This document shows positions 15,519 to 23,955 of a stretch of 64,000 nucleotides of DNA, piece after piece. The notes beneath the pieces were generated by a model, which was not told where the DNA came from, did no database searches, and saw only the letters and a list, made by a program, of their open reading frames with translations. Numbering within the stretch: the first letter of the stretch is position 1; each line of letters begins with the position of its first letter. The position numbers and the translations under genes were made by a program. The stretch lies in the IMG/VR virus record IMGVR_UViG_3300020473_000015; one strand, given 5' to 3'. The stretch comes from a virus.

Positions 15519-15555
15519 ATACAGCCGATTAAGGCATATTAAAGGAGAGCACACT

Positions 15556-15636
15556 ATGAAAACACTACACAGACTAGTTAACTGGCTTAACCCGCTACAT
15601 TGCTGTTGCGAATGTGGCTGTTGTAAATGTAAATAA
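15556..15636 (+). CDS. Cys-rich micro-peptide (26 aa), metallothionein-like tail
   Basis: AAAGGAG SD; MKTLHRLVNWLNPLHCCCECGCCKCK. Confidence 0.6.
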   Translation: MKTLHRLVNWLNPLHCCCECGCCKCK

Positions 15637-15650
15637 AGGAATTTATACAA

Positions 15651-15920
15651 ATGAAACTTACTAAATCACAATTAAAACAATTTATTAAAGAAGAATTACT
15701 TAACGAGATTGGAGAAGAAGGCCAATCGGGAGAGTGGGAGGATGAAGGCGAATTTAAAGCGGGAGATTTTGTTGAGGTAGAGATATATGATGATGGGTAT
15801 GAAAAGAATATAGAAAAACTTGAAAACCCAGCCGCATTTACGCCGACTCATGGAAGATACACATCTGAAAAATTCTTAGCTAAAATTGTACAAGTATCTA
15901 AACGAAAGTACGAGGATTAA
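15651..15920 (+). CDS. Leader class A protein (acidic, SH3-like core)
   Basis: Starts MKLTKSQLKQFIKEELLNE; FKAGDFVEV core. Confidence 0.8.
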   Translation: MKLTKSQLKQFIKEELLNEIGEEGQSGEWEDEGEFKAGDFVEVEIYDDGYEKNIEKLENPAAFTPTHGRYTSEKFLAKIVQVSKRKYED

Positions 15921-15922
15921 AT

Positions 15923-16468
15923 ATGAAACTTAAACAATCACAGTTACAAAAAATTATTAGAGAAGAATTTAAGGCAGTACTCAATGAAGCAGAATTCGAT
16001 GCAACAGACGAAATGAAAAAAGATTTCGATGAGGACTTAGACCATATGAGAGAGGCAATGCAAAACGTAGCACTTTCAGTAATTGATCAATACTCAGCTG
16101 ATTCAGAAAAATATGGCGAATTTACAAAAGAGGCAGCGCGGAAAGAAATAACCGAAGTTCTAGAAGCAACGCTAGTTAACTTTCTAGAAGACGCTTTAAC
16201 AATGTCTCCTGGCTTAGAAACCATTCTAGATCAAGAGTTTGATGAAGCTGATGATCCTGCACGTGCAGGCGTCATTAATGAATTTTTTGGTGGCAAATGG
16301 GATAAAAGTTGCCATTATACATTTGATGATGTAAAAGACGAATATTATGATTCTGGCGGTCAACGCGTTGGCGTATGGGTAATTAACGGACAGAAAAAAC
16401 ATTCATCTCAGATGACTGAAGCTGAAATAATGGATAATGAAAAAAGAATTCGTGGGGAATGGTGCTAG
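15923..16468 (+). CDS. Leader class A protein, acidic
   Basis: Starts MKLKQSQLQKIIREEFKAVLNE. Confidence 0.8.
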   Translation: MKLKQSQLQKIIREEFKAVLNEAEFDATDEMKKDFDEDLDHMREAMQNVALSVIDQYSADSEKYGEFTKEAARKEITEVLEATLVNFLEDALTMSPGLETILDQEFDEADDPARAGVINEFFGGKWDKSCHYTFDDVKDEYYDSGGQRVGVWVINGQKKHSSQMTEAEIMDNEKRIRGEWC

Positions 16469-16471
16469 CTA

Positions 16472-17725
16472 GTGCGTCTTTCTAAAACAAAACTTAAGCG
16501 AATCATTAAAGAAGAAATGCGAATTGCTATAGCATTGCATGAGAATGCTGTAGCATTGCATGAGAATGCTGATCTTATGCAAAACGCCACGCTGCTCAAT
16601 ATTAGAGATTTTGGTTATATTCCAGAAGATCCAAATTTTGATCAAAAGGCCGAAGCCGAACCCGCATTTGGGGATATTAAGCGGCATCTTGAAGCTGATG
16701 AAGGCGCAATTGCAATTGCAAAAAGTGGTAGCAAATACGTTTTTATTATGCTTGGCTTAAGCGAGCCGCATGGGCCCAATGAAGTGCGTAGTGTTGGCCA
16801 TGTCGATTCAAGATATACTTCAGCTGAAAAGGCGCTACAGATGTTTAAAGATCATGCGGAAAAATTTGTCGACGATGAGGTTGCAAAGAATGCTGTCATG
16901 AATACCACCTTAGAAGATCTAGATAATTTGCAAAATGAAGATATGCTAGTAGTAAAATCTAAGAAAAAAGTTTCCGATACACTTTCTTGGCTTCAAAGCC
17001 TCTCCGCGCAGCCAGTTGAAAAAAGTAGCTCTAAATCTGAAGATCGATATCATGATGAACCATACCATCATCAACCTGGATTGGTTGGTGGTGCAGCACG
17101 ACATCGAAAAAGAGTTTCTAAATATTATAAAGAAAGCAAGCTAACCAAATCTAATATTAAAGACTTAATCAAAGAAGAGCTTAGATCCGTCATGATTGAA
17201 GAGGGGCTGTGGGATAGTATTAAGAAACGTGCGAAGATAGCGTATAATGCGCCCGGAAGGCTAGCAAATAAAGCTGCCAATAAAATATATGATATGACTG
17301 CATCGAAAGACGTGCCTACCATGACGACTGGACCGGCAGACAAAGTTTCTAAAATGGAACAACCATGGGAATATGAAGAAGCTACACAAGATGAAAAAAC
17401 TAAATTTGATGTAGCCATGGCTATAGCTGGATTGTTAAGCCTAGGTCTTGGCGCTGCAGCTGCAGGTGGTGGCGCAGCGAAAAAGGCTGCAGGGCAAACA
17501 GCACTAAAACAATACCTAACGGATAAAGCTATCGATGCACCTGCAATTGCTGCTAGTACTTATGCTTCCTATCAACTAGCAATGCAAAAAGCTGGAAAAA
17601 AACCTGTTGGCAAGCAGCGCTTCGAAGCGGCCAAAGCGGCTTTAAAAAATATCGCTATAGAGGCAATGCCTGGAAATAAAGCAATTGGTATTGGTGCAAA
17701 AGCTAGCGCGACAGCTGCTGGTTAA
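16472..17725 (+). CDS. Leader class A protein with an internal second leader and Ala/Gly-rich hydrophobic C-terminal region
   Basis: MRLSKTKLKRIIKEE; internal SKLTKSNIKDLIKEEL; VAMAIAGLLSLGLGAAAAGGGAA. Confidence 0.8.
   Translation: MRLSKTKLKRIIKEEMRIAIALHENAVALHENADLMQNATLLNIRDFGYIPEDPNFDQKAEAEPAFGDIKRHLEADEGAIAIAKSGSKYVFIMLGLSEPHGPNEVRSVGHVDSRYTSAEKALQMFKDHAEKFVDDEVAKNAVMNTTLEDLDNLQNEDMLVVKSKKKVSDTLSWLQSLSAQPVEKSSSKSEDRYHDEPYHHQPGLVGGAARHRKRVSKYYKESKLTKSNIKDLIKEELRSVMIEEGLWDSIKKRAKIAYNAPGRLANKAANKIYDMTASKDVPTMTTGPADKVSKMEQPWEYEEATQDEKTKFDVAMAIAGLLSLGLGAAAAGGGAAKKAAGQTALKQYLTDKAIDAPAIAASTYASYQLAMQKAGKKPVGKQRFEAAKAALKNIAIEAMPGNKAIGIGAKASATAAG
16526..16567 (+). repeat. 21-bp tandem duplication (AIALHEN / AVALHEN)
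   Basis: gctatagcattgcatgagaat followed by gctgtagcattgcatgagaat. Confidence 0.9.
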
Positions 17726-17765
17726 CCTGAAAATAATAGTATTTATTAAGGAGAGGTATATACAA

Positions 17766-17978
17766 GTGAAACTAACTAATGTGAAACTTAAACAATTAAT
17801 CAAAGAAACCCTACAAGAAATGTATCTTACAAACACACCTAGTGGTGATAAAGATTTTCTACATAATGAAGATGGCTATGAAATAATAAACAATATTAAG
17901 GCGGCCATGGCAGATTATGATGAAAGCGATCCATGGGCTACTGTCGACGCTATTAAAGAATTACTTACATTTGAGTAA
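17766..17978 (+). CDS. Leader class A small protein
   Basis: GTG 17766 after AAGGAGAGG; MKLTNVKLKQLIKETLQE. Confidence 0.75.
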   Translation: MKLTNVKLKQLIKETLQEMYLTNTPSGDKDFLHNEDGYEIINNIKAAMADYDESDPWATVDAIKELLTFE

Positions 17979-18526
17979 GAGTGTCTTTTTCCATTATAAT
18001 AAGACCCTTTCGCAATATTCTTTGATGCCTCAAGCGGTCTTAAATTCTTTAAACTCCACGCTTCCCTAATTTTTGGATCATCGCCATCACTAATACCATA
18101 ATACGCCAAAGGTATAATATGATCAATATGCCAATACGTACCATAGTTATCCCAATTCATTTCTGGCGTAAATTGCGATTCTAGATGCTCCTGAAGCTGT
18201 CTAGGGTTGAAATCGAAGTACTTACTGCTTGACCGGTCTTTCTGTACACCCTGCGTGTTTAAAAACTCTTTTAATCTTTTCGTACAATTTTTTCGTATTT
18301 TGACATGTGGCAGTTTTCTTCTCCGTCGACGCTGCATTCGCCTGGAAAGTTTACCGGCTGGGGTTTTACGCCACTCTTGTTTTTGTGCATATTTGCAAGG
18401 TTTGCAGATAGCCCTAAAATATTTACAATAGCCGTTTCCGGATTTCCGTTTTTTTCGACGAAGTTCGAAATGTTCGGTAGTTTTCGGTAGTGTGGTGTTG
18501 CAACTAGTGCAAGTTTTTGTTTCCAT
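17915..18526 (-). CDS. Free-standing HNH homing endonuclease with N-terminal Zn ribbon
   Basis: CTSC...CKPC, WHIDHIIPL, NLRPLEASKNIAKG; opposite strand to its neighbours; ATG 18526 at +7 from its own -10. Confidence 0.85.
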   Translation of the reverse strand: METKTCTSCNTTLPKTTEHFELRRKKRKSGNGYCKYFRAICKPCKYAQKQEWRKTPAGKLSRRMQRRRRRKLPHVKIRKNCTKRLKEFLNTQGVQKDRSSSKYFDFNPRQLQEHLESQFTPEMNWDNYGTYWHIDHIIPLAYYGISDGDDPKIREAWSLKNLRPLEASKNIAKGSYYNGKRHSYSNVSNSLIASTVAHGSLSS

Positions 18527-18532
18527 AGATCT

Positions 18533-18561
18533 AGTATACATGAGTTATTTGCGTTTGTAAA
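18533..18561 (-). promoter_or_regulatory. Sigma70-type promoter of the HNH gene
   Basis: Minus strand TTTACA-N17-TATACT with TG extension. Confidence 0.7.
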
Positions 18562-18590
18562 GAATAAAGTGAAAAAAAATTTTGAATATT

Positions 18591-18598
18591 CTATTTAT
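18591..18598 (+). promoter_or_regulatory. Putative late-promoter motif CTATTTAT
   Basis: Upstream of SD GGAGG and ATG 18619. Confidence 0.45.
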
Positions 18599-18618
18599 TA
18601 TTGCTTCTGGAGGCCCAC

Positions 18619-18867
18619 ATGAGCTTAAACATAGCGAACCTTAAAAACATCATCAACGAGGAACTAGACCGCGCAACTAAAGACGTAAATTATACCGGCG
18701 ACATAGATGCCGTACAAGAGTGCATAACTGAAATACAAAATTTCTTAGCCGAATCTAGTGACCTATATATTAATTCATCTTTAGAGTTGAAAAAAAATAT
18801 TTTACTTGATTTACTTTCCTTATTACAGCTTATTGAGAACTATTCTAACAAATGGTCTGACATGTAG
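18619..18867 (+). CDS. Leader class A small protein
   Basis: MSLNIANLKNIINEELD after GGAGG. Confidence 0.7.
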   Translation: MSLNIANLKNIINEELDRATKDVNYTGDIDAVQECITEIQNFLAESSDLYINSSLELKKNILLDLLSLLQLIENYSNKWSDM

Positions 18868-18903
18868 GAAAAAAAATTTTTGGTTTTTGGCCATACTTAT
18901 TAT

Positions 18904-19167
18904 ATGGCCCTCTCGAAAAAAACTAGAATCAAGCAAGAAAAGGTCGTACTGAACAAAAACCAACCTAACAATATTGAAGTCGCCATTGGAGAGGTCCATA
19001 GAATCGAAAATAAAGTATATTACGTCATTAGTTTTGGTGGTGACAAAGAAATTATAATATCAGGACCAGATGAATATGAAAAATTCATAGATTTAATTAT
19101 TAATCTAGACTGGGATCCTGAAGATACTTGGATCAGACCTAAACAAAAGAAGCGACAGTTTGATTAA
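18904..19167 (+). CDS. Hypothetical protein
   Basis: ATG 18904 in frame with ORF 18880..19167. Confidence 0.6.
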   Translation: MALSKKTRIKQEKVVLNKNQPNNIEVAIGEVHRIENKVYYVISFGGDKEIIISGPDEYEKFIDLIINLDWDPEDTWIRPKQKKRQFD

Positions 19168-19605
19168 TTACTTTTTGTGCTTTTTGCCCTTCTTTCCTCT
19201 TCTTTTCTTTTTATTATTATAATAGTGATTGTTTATAACTCTTCTATTTTTAATAACAGTCCTATTTCTTACAATCGGCTTAAGCCTCGGATGTCTTTTT
19301 CTTACAATTGGTCTTTTACGATATATACGATGTTTTTTATGACGATATACTTTTCCTCGATATCTGATTCTATTAATATGTCGACGTCGTATGGTGTGAT
19401 ATCTTACCTCTCTGACTGATGGCCTGAGAGATACTCGATAGCTTGGAATTTGTACTAAATAACCATCCCAGCAATCATCGATGTGTGAAGTATATACAAC
19501 TTCGTGTGGTGTAACCAACCCATCGCCATAAAACAATTGAGGCTGACATTCAAACGTACCAAGCGTTAAACCGCTTGATAATATAAATATTAAACATGTT
19601 CCCAT
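19168..19605 (-). CDS. Secreted/membrane protein with Arg/His/Lys-rich C-terminus
   Basis: Hydrophobic N-terminus, aaaggag SD on the minus strand, highly basic tail. Confidence 0.6.
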   Translation of the reverse strand: MGTCLIFILSSGLTLGTFECQPQLFYGDGLVTPHEVVYTSHIDDCWDGYLVQIPSYRVSLRPSVREVRYHTIRRRHINRIRYRGKVYRHKKHRIYRKRPIVRKRHPRLKPIVRNRTVIKNRRVINNHYYNNKKKRRGKKGKKHKK

Positions 19606-19688
19606 GATTTTCTCCTTTATGTTACTACTTTAAAATGCAAACTACGTGCCAAGTTTTAAAATATACATAATTATGATATAATTATATC

Positions 19689-19883
19689 ATGAAGAATGTG
19701 ATAAGTCTACAAGAAAGTCGAATAAAACGAGATATAAAAAACGCTTATACAAAACTGAAAGAGGTTCGAACTTTAATATCCTATGGAAAGCATGAAATGG
19801 TTGATGAAGCGTATGAATTGGAAAATAGAATATTAGATTTGGAAGAGCAATTATTAGATTTAGTAGAATCGGACTCTTTTTAA
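19689..19883 (+). CDS. Small coiled-coil protein
   Basis: ORF track. Confidence 0.6.
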   Translation: MKNVISLQESRIKRDIKNAYTKLKEVRTLISYGKHEMVDEAYELENRILDLEEQLLDLVESDSF

Positions 19884-19962
19884 ATTTTTATTAAAAATTA
19901 GTGTTTATTATGTTAATATGATCTCAGGCCTTAGTATTATAACGTTATAAGGAGGTGTACAT

Positions 19963-20145
19963 ATGGCTACAAATGCAGAAATCAAAAGAGAAGTTGAAGA
20001 TCTTAAAAATCGTCTTGCAAGCTTACAATCCAGCAATTCTCGACTATTTGATGAGATGGCAGCGCTCAAGAGCAACTATAGTAACTTAGTTGAAGACATG
20101 AATGCTCGTCTTGAGGTAGTACATAACAAAATTTTTCGTAAATAA
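19963..20145 (+). CDS. Small coiled-coil protein
   Basis: AAGGAGG SD; heptad pattern. Confidence 0.7.
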   Translation: MATNAEIKREVEDLKNRLASLQSSNSRLFDEMAALKSNYSNLVEDMNARLEVVHNKIFRK

Positions 20146-20218
20146 AAAAGAACCCTCAAGAATAAGAAAAATCATAGATACAATAAAAATGTTTCTATTA
20201 ATAAAATAAGGAAAAATT

Positions 20219-20425
20219 ATGCAACAACAACAAATGAGCATCGACTTAAAACAAGCGGAAAATGTTGGATGCGAAGAGTGTGGCCATTTATATTTCACCC
20301 CCGTAGCGATGATGAAAAGGCTTTCTGCTCTTGTATCTCCAACCGGACAAGAACTTAAATTTCCAGTTCAATGCTTCCAATGTGTCGAATGTGGTCATGT
20401 TTTAGAGCCACCAACCCCTCAATAA
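20219..20425 (+). CDS. Zinc-ribbon small protein
   Basis: CEECG...F...SALVSPTGQE...F.CVECGH. Confidence 0.75.
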   Translation: MQQQQMSIDLKQAENVGCEECGHLYFTPVAMMKRLSALVSPTGQELKFPVQCFQCVECGHVLEPPTPQ

Positions 20426-20483
20426 AAAATTAATTAATTTTAATACGTTAACGTTAAGTGTGGTGCGCTGGTCTATATATAAT

Positions 20484-20690
20484 ATGCCTTCACCACGCTT
20501 TAACGTTGGCGATTTAGTCCAGTTTGATTCCTTTGGTCATACCATAGGCATTGTAACTGATGTAAAAAACTCTCCTAGCTTTGATCCCCCTGAAAAAATA
20601 GCTGATGTATTGGTATATTGGTCTGATGGCATAGAATTCTGGTGTCTGGACTTTTGTTTAGTGATTGTTTCGAAATATAAAACTAATTAA
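20484..20690 (+). CDS. SH3/KOW-like mini-protein outside the early region
   Basis: RFNVGDLVQF...IGIVTDV...VYWSDG. Confidence 0.65.
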   Translation: MPSPRFNVGDLVQFDSFGHTIGIVTDVKNSPSFDPPEKIADVLVYWSDGIEFWCLDFCLVIVSKYKTN

Positions 20691-20698
20691 TACTAGTG

Positions 20699-20908
20699 AT
20701 GAAACTTGATTTAAAAACAGCAATAATGATAAGCACTTTATTATTCACAGTGTCTGGCTTTTATTATACAACCATAAGTGATATTAATGTGCTATCATTA
20801 AAGATTCAAGCGCTTGAGAGCGAAAATCGCATGCAACAAAAAAGATTAGATTCACTAGATAAAAAAACAAACCGGTTGAATAAACAACTCAAGGATTTGA
20901 AAAAATGA
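20699..20908 (+). CDS. Single-TM plus coiled-coil protein
   Basis: N-terminal TM helix then heptad repeats. Confidence 0.7.
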   Translation: MKLDLKTAIMISTLLFTVSGFYYTTISDINVLSLKIQALESENRMQQKRLDSLDKKTNRLNKQLKDLKK

Positions 20909-21342
20909 AAAAATTATTATTAATGGCGCTCATGCTTTTGCTTGCATCGTGTGCTACAACAAGCGCTAAAAAATATTCCTATCTAACAATGGGTGAGGTT
21001 GAAGATAAGTGTAAACCAGATCAGTCGTGGAATATGAGTATACTGGGACTGAGATCATATGTTGTTCTAAGTCAAGGTTGTCTGAGTTTTGAGAGGCTCT
21101 TTATTATACGAATGGATAACGAATCATACACAGAAGAGATTCGAAATTCCACCATAGAAGTGCTAAAAGCGCATTTTATACATTTTGTTGATAGTAGGGG
21201 CTATTTTGAAGACGTTGAGTTAGGGCCTGGAAAAGTAAAGTGGTATCTTAAAAGACTTAAAACAGAGATAGATAAAGGTGTTATTACTCACTTTTTTGAC
21301 CTAACTTATAAGAAAGCAGATCCCCAAAAGGGACAAAAATAA
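20905..21342 (+). CDS. Lipoprotein
   Basis: MKKLLLMALMLLLASC lipobox; ATGA overlap. Confidence 0.75.
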   Translation: MKKLLLMALMLLLASCATTSAKKYSYLTMGEVEDKCKPDQSWNMSILGLRSYVVLSQGCLSFERLFIIRMDNESYTEEIRNSTIEVLKAHFIHFVDSRGYFEDVELGPGKVKWYLKRLKTEIDKGVITHFFDLTYKKADPQKGQK

Positions 21343-21366
21343 ATAAAATTAAAGTGAGGATAAACA

Positions 21367-21987
21367 ATGAAACTACTATTTGAAAATTGGCGAGAATTCT
21401 TAAAAGAAGAAAATGAAATTGTGAAGACAAATAACGCGGTGGTTATTTTTTCTGATTGGGCGAAGGGTCATATTGAAAAGGGACACAAAGAGCCGGGAAA
21501 GGGTTCAATATTTGCAGACTTTGATCTTTCTTTGGTTAATTCTGCTCTAGAACAAATTGAAATAAATCCAAACAAAGCAGTATATACCATTAGTGTTCCA
21601 AGTGTCGGTTATAACCTAGTTCTTCCAGACAACGAGGCATCACAATTGGAAGGTGCTCAAAAAACAGAAGTAGAAAAGGAAGAAAGACAGGGACCAATCA
21701 CAGTTAATGCATATACGACTTCTCAACCACTAGAGAGCTTTAAAACGGATGAATTATCTGTTGTTATTAGACCAACAAGTGAATTACAATATGTTCCAGA
21801 GGATCTTCAACAAGATCCAGCGGTTACACAGGCGCTTGATCAAGGAAATTTATATTCCGTTCTTTCTGCATGGCCAGGAAGAGGAGATGTACCACCGGCC
21901 TCTCAATGGGGCGATGATTGGGCTGTTATTATTCCAGATCGAGCTATAGAGAGCGATGGGGAAGTTGTCGATGAAACTCCTATTTGA
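21367..21987 (+). CDS. Leader class B protein, unknown cargo
   Basis: Starts MKLLFENWREFLKEE. Confidence 0.8.
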   Translation: MKLLFENWREFLKEENEIVKTNNAVVIFSDWAKGHIEKGHKEPGKGSIFADFDLSLVNSALEQIEINPNKAVYTISVPSVGYNLVLPDNEASQLEGAQKTEVEKEERQGPITVNAYTTSQPLESFKTDELSVVIRPTSELQYVPEDLQQDPAVTQALDQGNLYSVLSAWPGRGDVPPASQWGDDWAVIIPDRAIESDGEVVDETPI

Positions 21988-22405
21988 AAATTGGCGAGAA
22001 TATTTGAAAGAAACTATAGAGAATCTTCTATGCCCTGCAGCAACTCAGGATCTGGAGCTTAATACTAGAAACAGAGACGCTGCAGTTCAAGCAGAGCACA
22101 TTCAGTATGGACCTCTAAACGTTGATGAGCCTGGAGACTATTGGCAAAAAATTGCCGAGGCATGGAACACCTCAGAAAAGGCTGCGCAAAAGTCTTTGTG
22201 TGGTAATTGTGTCGCTTTTGATATTTCTCCTCGCATGAAAGATTGTATGCCCGGAGAAACCTCAGACAAAGATGGGGAACTTGGATATTGTTGGATGCAC
22301 CACTTTAAGTGTCATTCTGCTAGATCATGCAGAACGTGGGCCAAAGGTGGTCCGATCACTGAAGATATTAAATCTGCAGAATGGCAGGAAAAAAATGAAC
22401 GATGA
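21971..22405 (+). CDS. Leader class B protein with HiPIP-like Cys domain
   Basis: MKLLFENWREYLKE; CGNCVAF...GYCWMHHFKCHSARSCRTW. Confidence 0.75.
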   Translation: MKLLFENWREYLKETIENLLCPAATQDLELNTRNRDAAVQAEHIQYGPLNVDEPGDYWQKIAEAWNTSEKAAQKSLCGNCVAFDISPRMKDCMPGETSDKDGELGYCWMHHFKCHSARSCRTWAKGGPITEDIKSAEWQEKNER

Positions 22406-22656
22406 AACTCCTACTTGAAAAATGGCGAAAGATTATAAATGAAGAAGTTGTTGATTTTCCAAGTGAAATTACAGCCGTCGAGCGCTATGCTAATTATATA
22501 GAGTATATAAATTTAGCAATTGAACAAATAATCTCTCTAGAAGAGATTTTTGAGAGACAAGGTTCAACCACAGAAGATTTAGTTGAGATTAAAGAAAATC
22601 TTATACAGTTGCGAGATGACGAAACGCTAAAATACGATATGGAGGGTTACGAATGA
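22402..22656 (+). CDS. Leader class B small helical protein
   Basis: MKLLLEKWRKIINEE. Confidence 0.75.
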   Translation: MKLLLEKWRKIINEEVVDFPSEITAVERYANYIEYINLAIEQIISLEEIFERQGSTTEDLVEIKENLIQLRDDETLKYDMEGYE

Positions 22657-23294
22657 GATTACTATTTGAAAATTGGCGAAAATTCTTATTAACAGAAAAG
22701 CTAATGCTTAAGCCTGGGCCTGATGGGTGGGACAAGTATAAAGAATTAGTAGCAAAAGCTTATGATGAGGCTCCTATATTTGATGAGGGCGCCGTAGGCG
22801 CATTTGAAGCAATAGAGCCATTTGTGCATAAAATGTTTGATCGTATAATTGGTTTTGGAATTGATATTGATTTTGTTGATGATAATCCTTATGAGAGTTC
22901 CGAAGAGATGTGTAGAGATGTGTCTGAAAACAAGATATTAAGAATATGGAAAGGAGGCACAGATCATCAAATATTTGACGCGAAAACAAATTTAAAATTA
23001 CGGGCTGTGCATGATTATATGACACATTGTCAGGGTGGAACTAGTTTTGACCTGCAGGGCGAAATTGCCTCTTATAATCGGCATATGAAGACCGTTCCTC
23101 CTTCAGCAGCAGGAGCTTTATTTACAGAAGTTGTAGGTCAGGCAGCATTTTTCCTTGATAGAGGATATTTCCCTCCACAAAAAATAGCTATTTTACCGGG
23201 GTTTGATTTTTTCAACGTTGGTGAAGTAGATCCAGAAATTACAGGATATAAATTAGATGCAGAAAGGAAGGAACTAGTTAAAGTAGGAGAATAA
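22653..23294 (+). CDS. Leader class B protein with an RAVHDxxxH putative metal-binding domain
   Basis: MRLLFENWRKFLLTE; KLRAVHDYMTH...GEIASYNRH...LFTEVVGQ. Confidence 0.75.
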   Translation: MRLLFENWRKFLLTEKLMLKPGPDGWDKYKELVAKAYDEAPIFDEGAVGAFEAIEPFVHKMFDRIIGFGIDIDFVDDNPYESSEEMCRDVSENKILRIWKGGTDHQIFDAKTNLKLRAVHDYMTHCQGGTSFDLQGEIASYNRHMKTVPPSAAGALFTEVVGQAAFFLDRGYFPPQKIAILPGFDFFNVGEVDPEITGYKLDAERKELVKVGE

Positions 23295-23299
23295 GAATA

Positions 23300-23509
23300 G
23301 TGAAACATCTTGAGGAAAACAATGAAACGTATATAAGCCACTTTTTGTTTGCTGGAAAGATTGGAATTACTTTAATGTTTCGTGGTGCTATTTTTTTATT
23401 GCATGCTGTTTTTCCAATATGCAAAATTCCTGCGCGGTTTAATCTTGAAAATACTGTCGACAAACTATATGATTGGTATGTACACACAATAAAGAGGAAA
23501 AGAAAATGA
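23300..23509 (+). CDS. Small membrane protein (DUF6356-like)
   Basis: HLEENNETYISHF...LLHAVFP pattern. Confidence 0.55.
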   Translation: MKHLEENNETYISHFLFAGKIGITLMFRGAIFLLHAVFPICKIPARFNLENTVDKLYDWYVHTIKRKRK

Positions 23510-23952
23510 GACGCTTAACTATAATAATGTTAAGTGTGTTTTTTATTGGGTGTGGGCCTCAATATGCAAAAGACCCGAATGCTAATGTATTAGTTACAAT
23601 TCAATACGAAGATGGGCCTGAGAGAATTAGGCTCGACGATGATTGTAAGCCTCAGTTAGATTGTACAGGGAAATCAGAGGCAGAATGTGCTGTTGCACTA
23701 TATCACGATTCTGAGCGTTTTGTGAAGGAAGGTGAAAAATTAATTGCTAAAAAGCTATACTTATCTGCAAGGGTTGAATTTATGCAAGCTCTCACAAGAC
23801 TTTCTGAAGCGGAAATAAGAATTGAAAGAGCTAAGTTAAACAACTATGAAGATTATAAAATTGTTATGCAATTTAAATTAGACCATAAAGTAAAACAAAG
23901 AATCATGTTCTGTGAAAGGTTAATACGTTTTACTCAGTGGCAACAGGGATAA
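23506..23952 (+). CDS. Lipoprotein with helical (TPR-like) C-terminus
   Basis: MRRLTIIMLSVFFIGC lipobox; ATGA overlap. Confidence 0.7.
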   Translation: MRRLTIIMLSVFFIGCGPQYAKDPNANVLVTIQYEDGPERIRLDDDCKPQLDCTGKSEAECAVALYHDSERFVKEGEKLIAKKLYLSARVEFMQALTRLSEAEIRIERAKLNNYEDYKIVMQFKLDHKVKQRIMFCERLIRFTQWQQG

Positions 23953-23955
23953 AAA

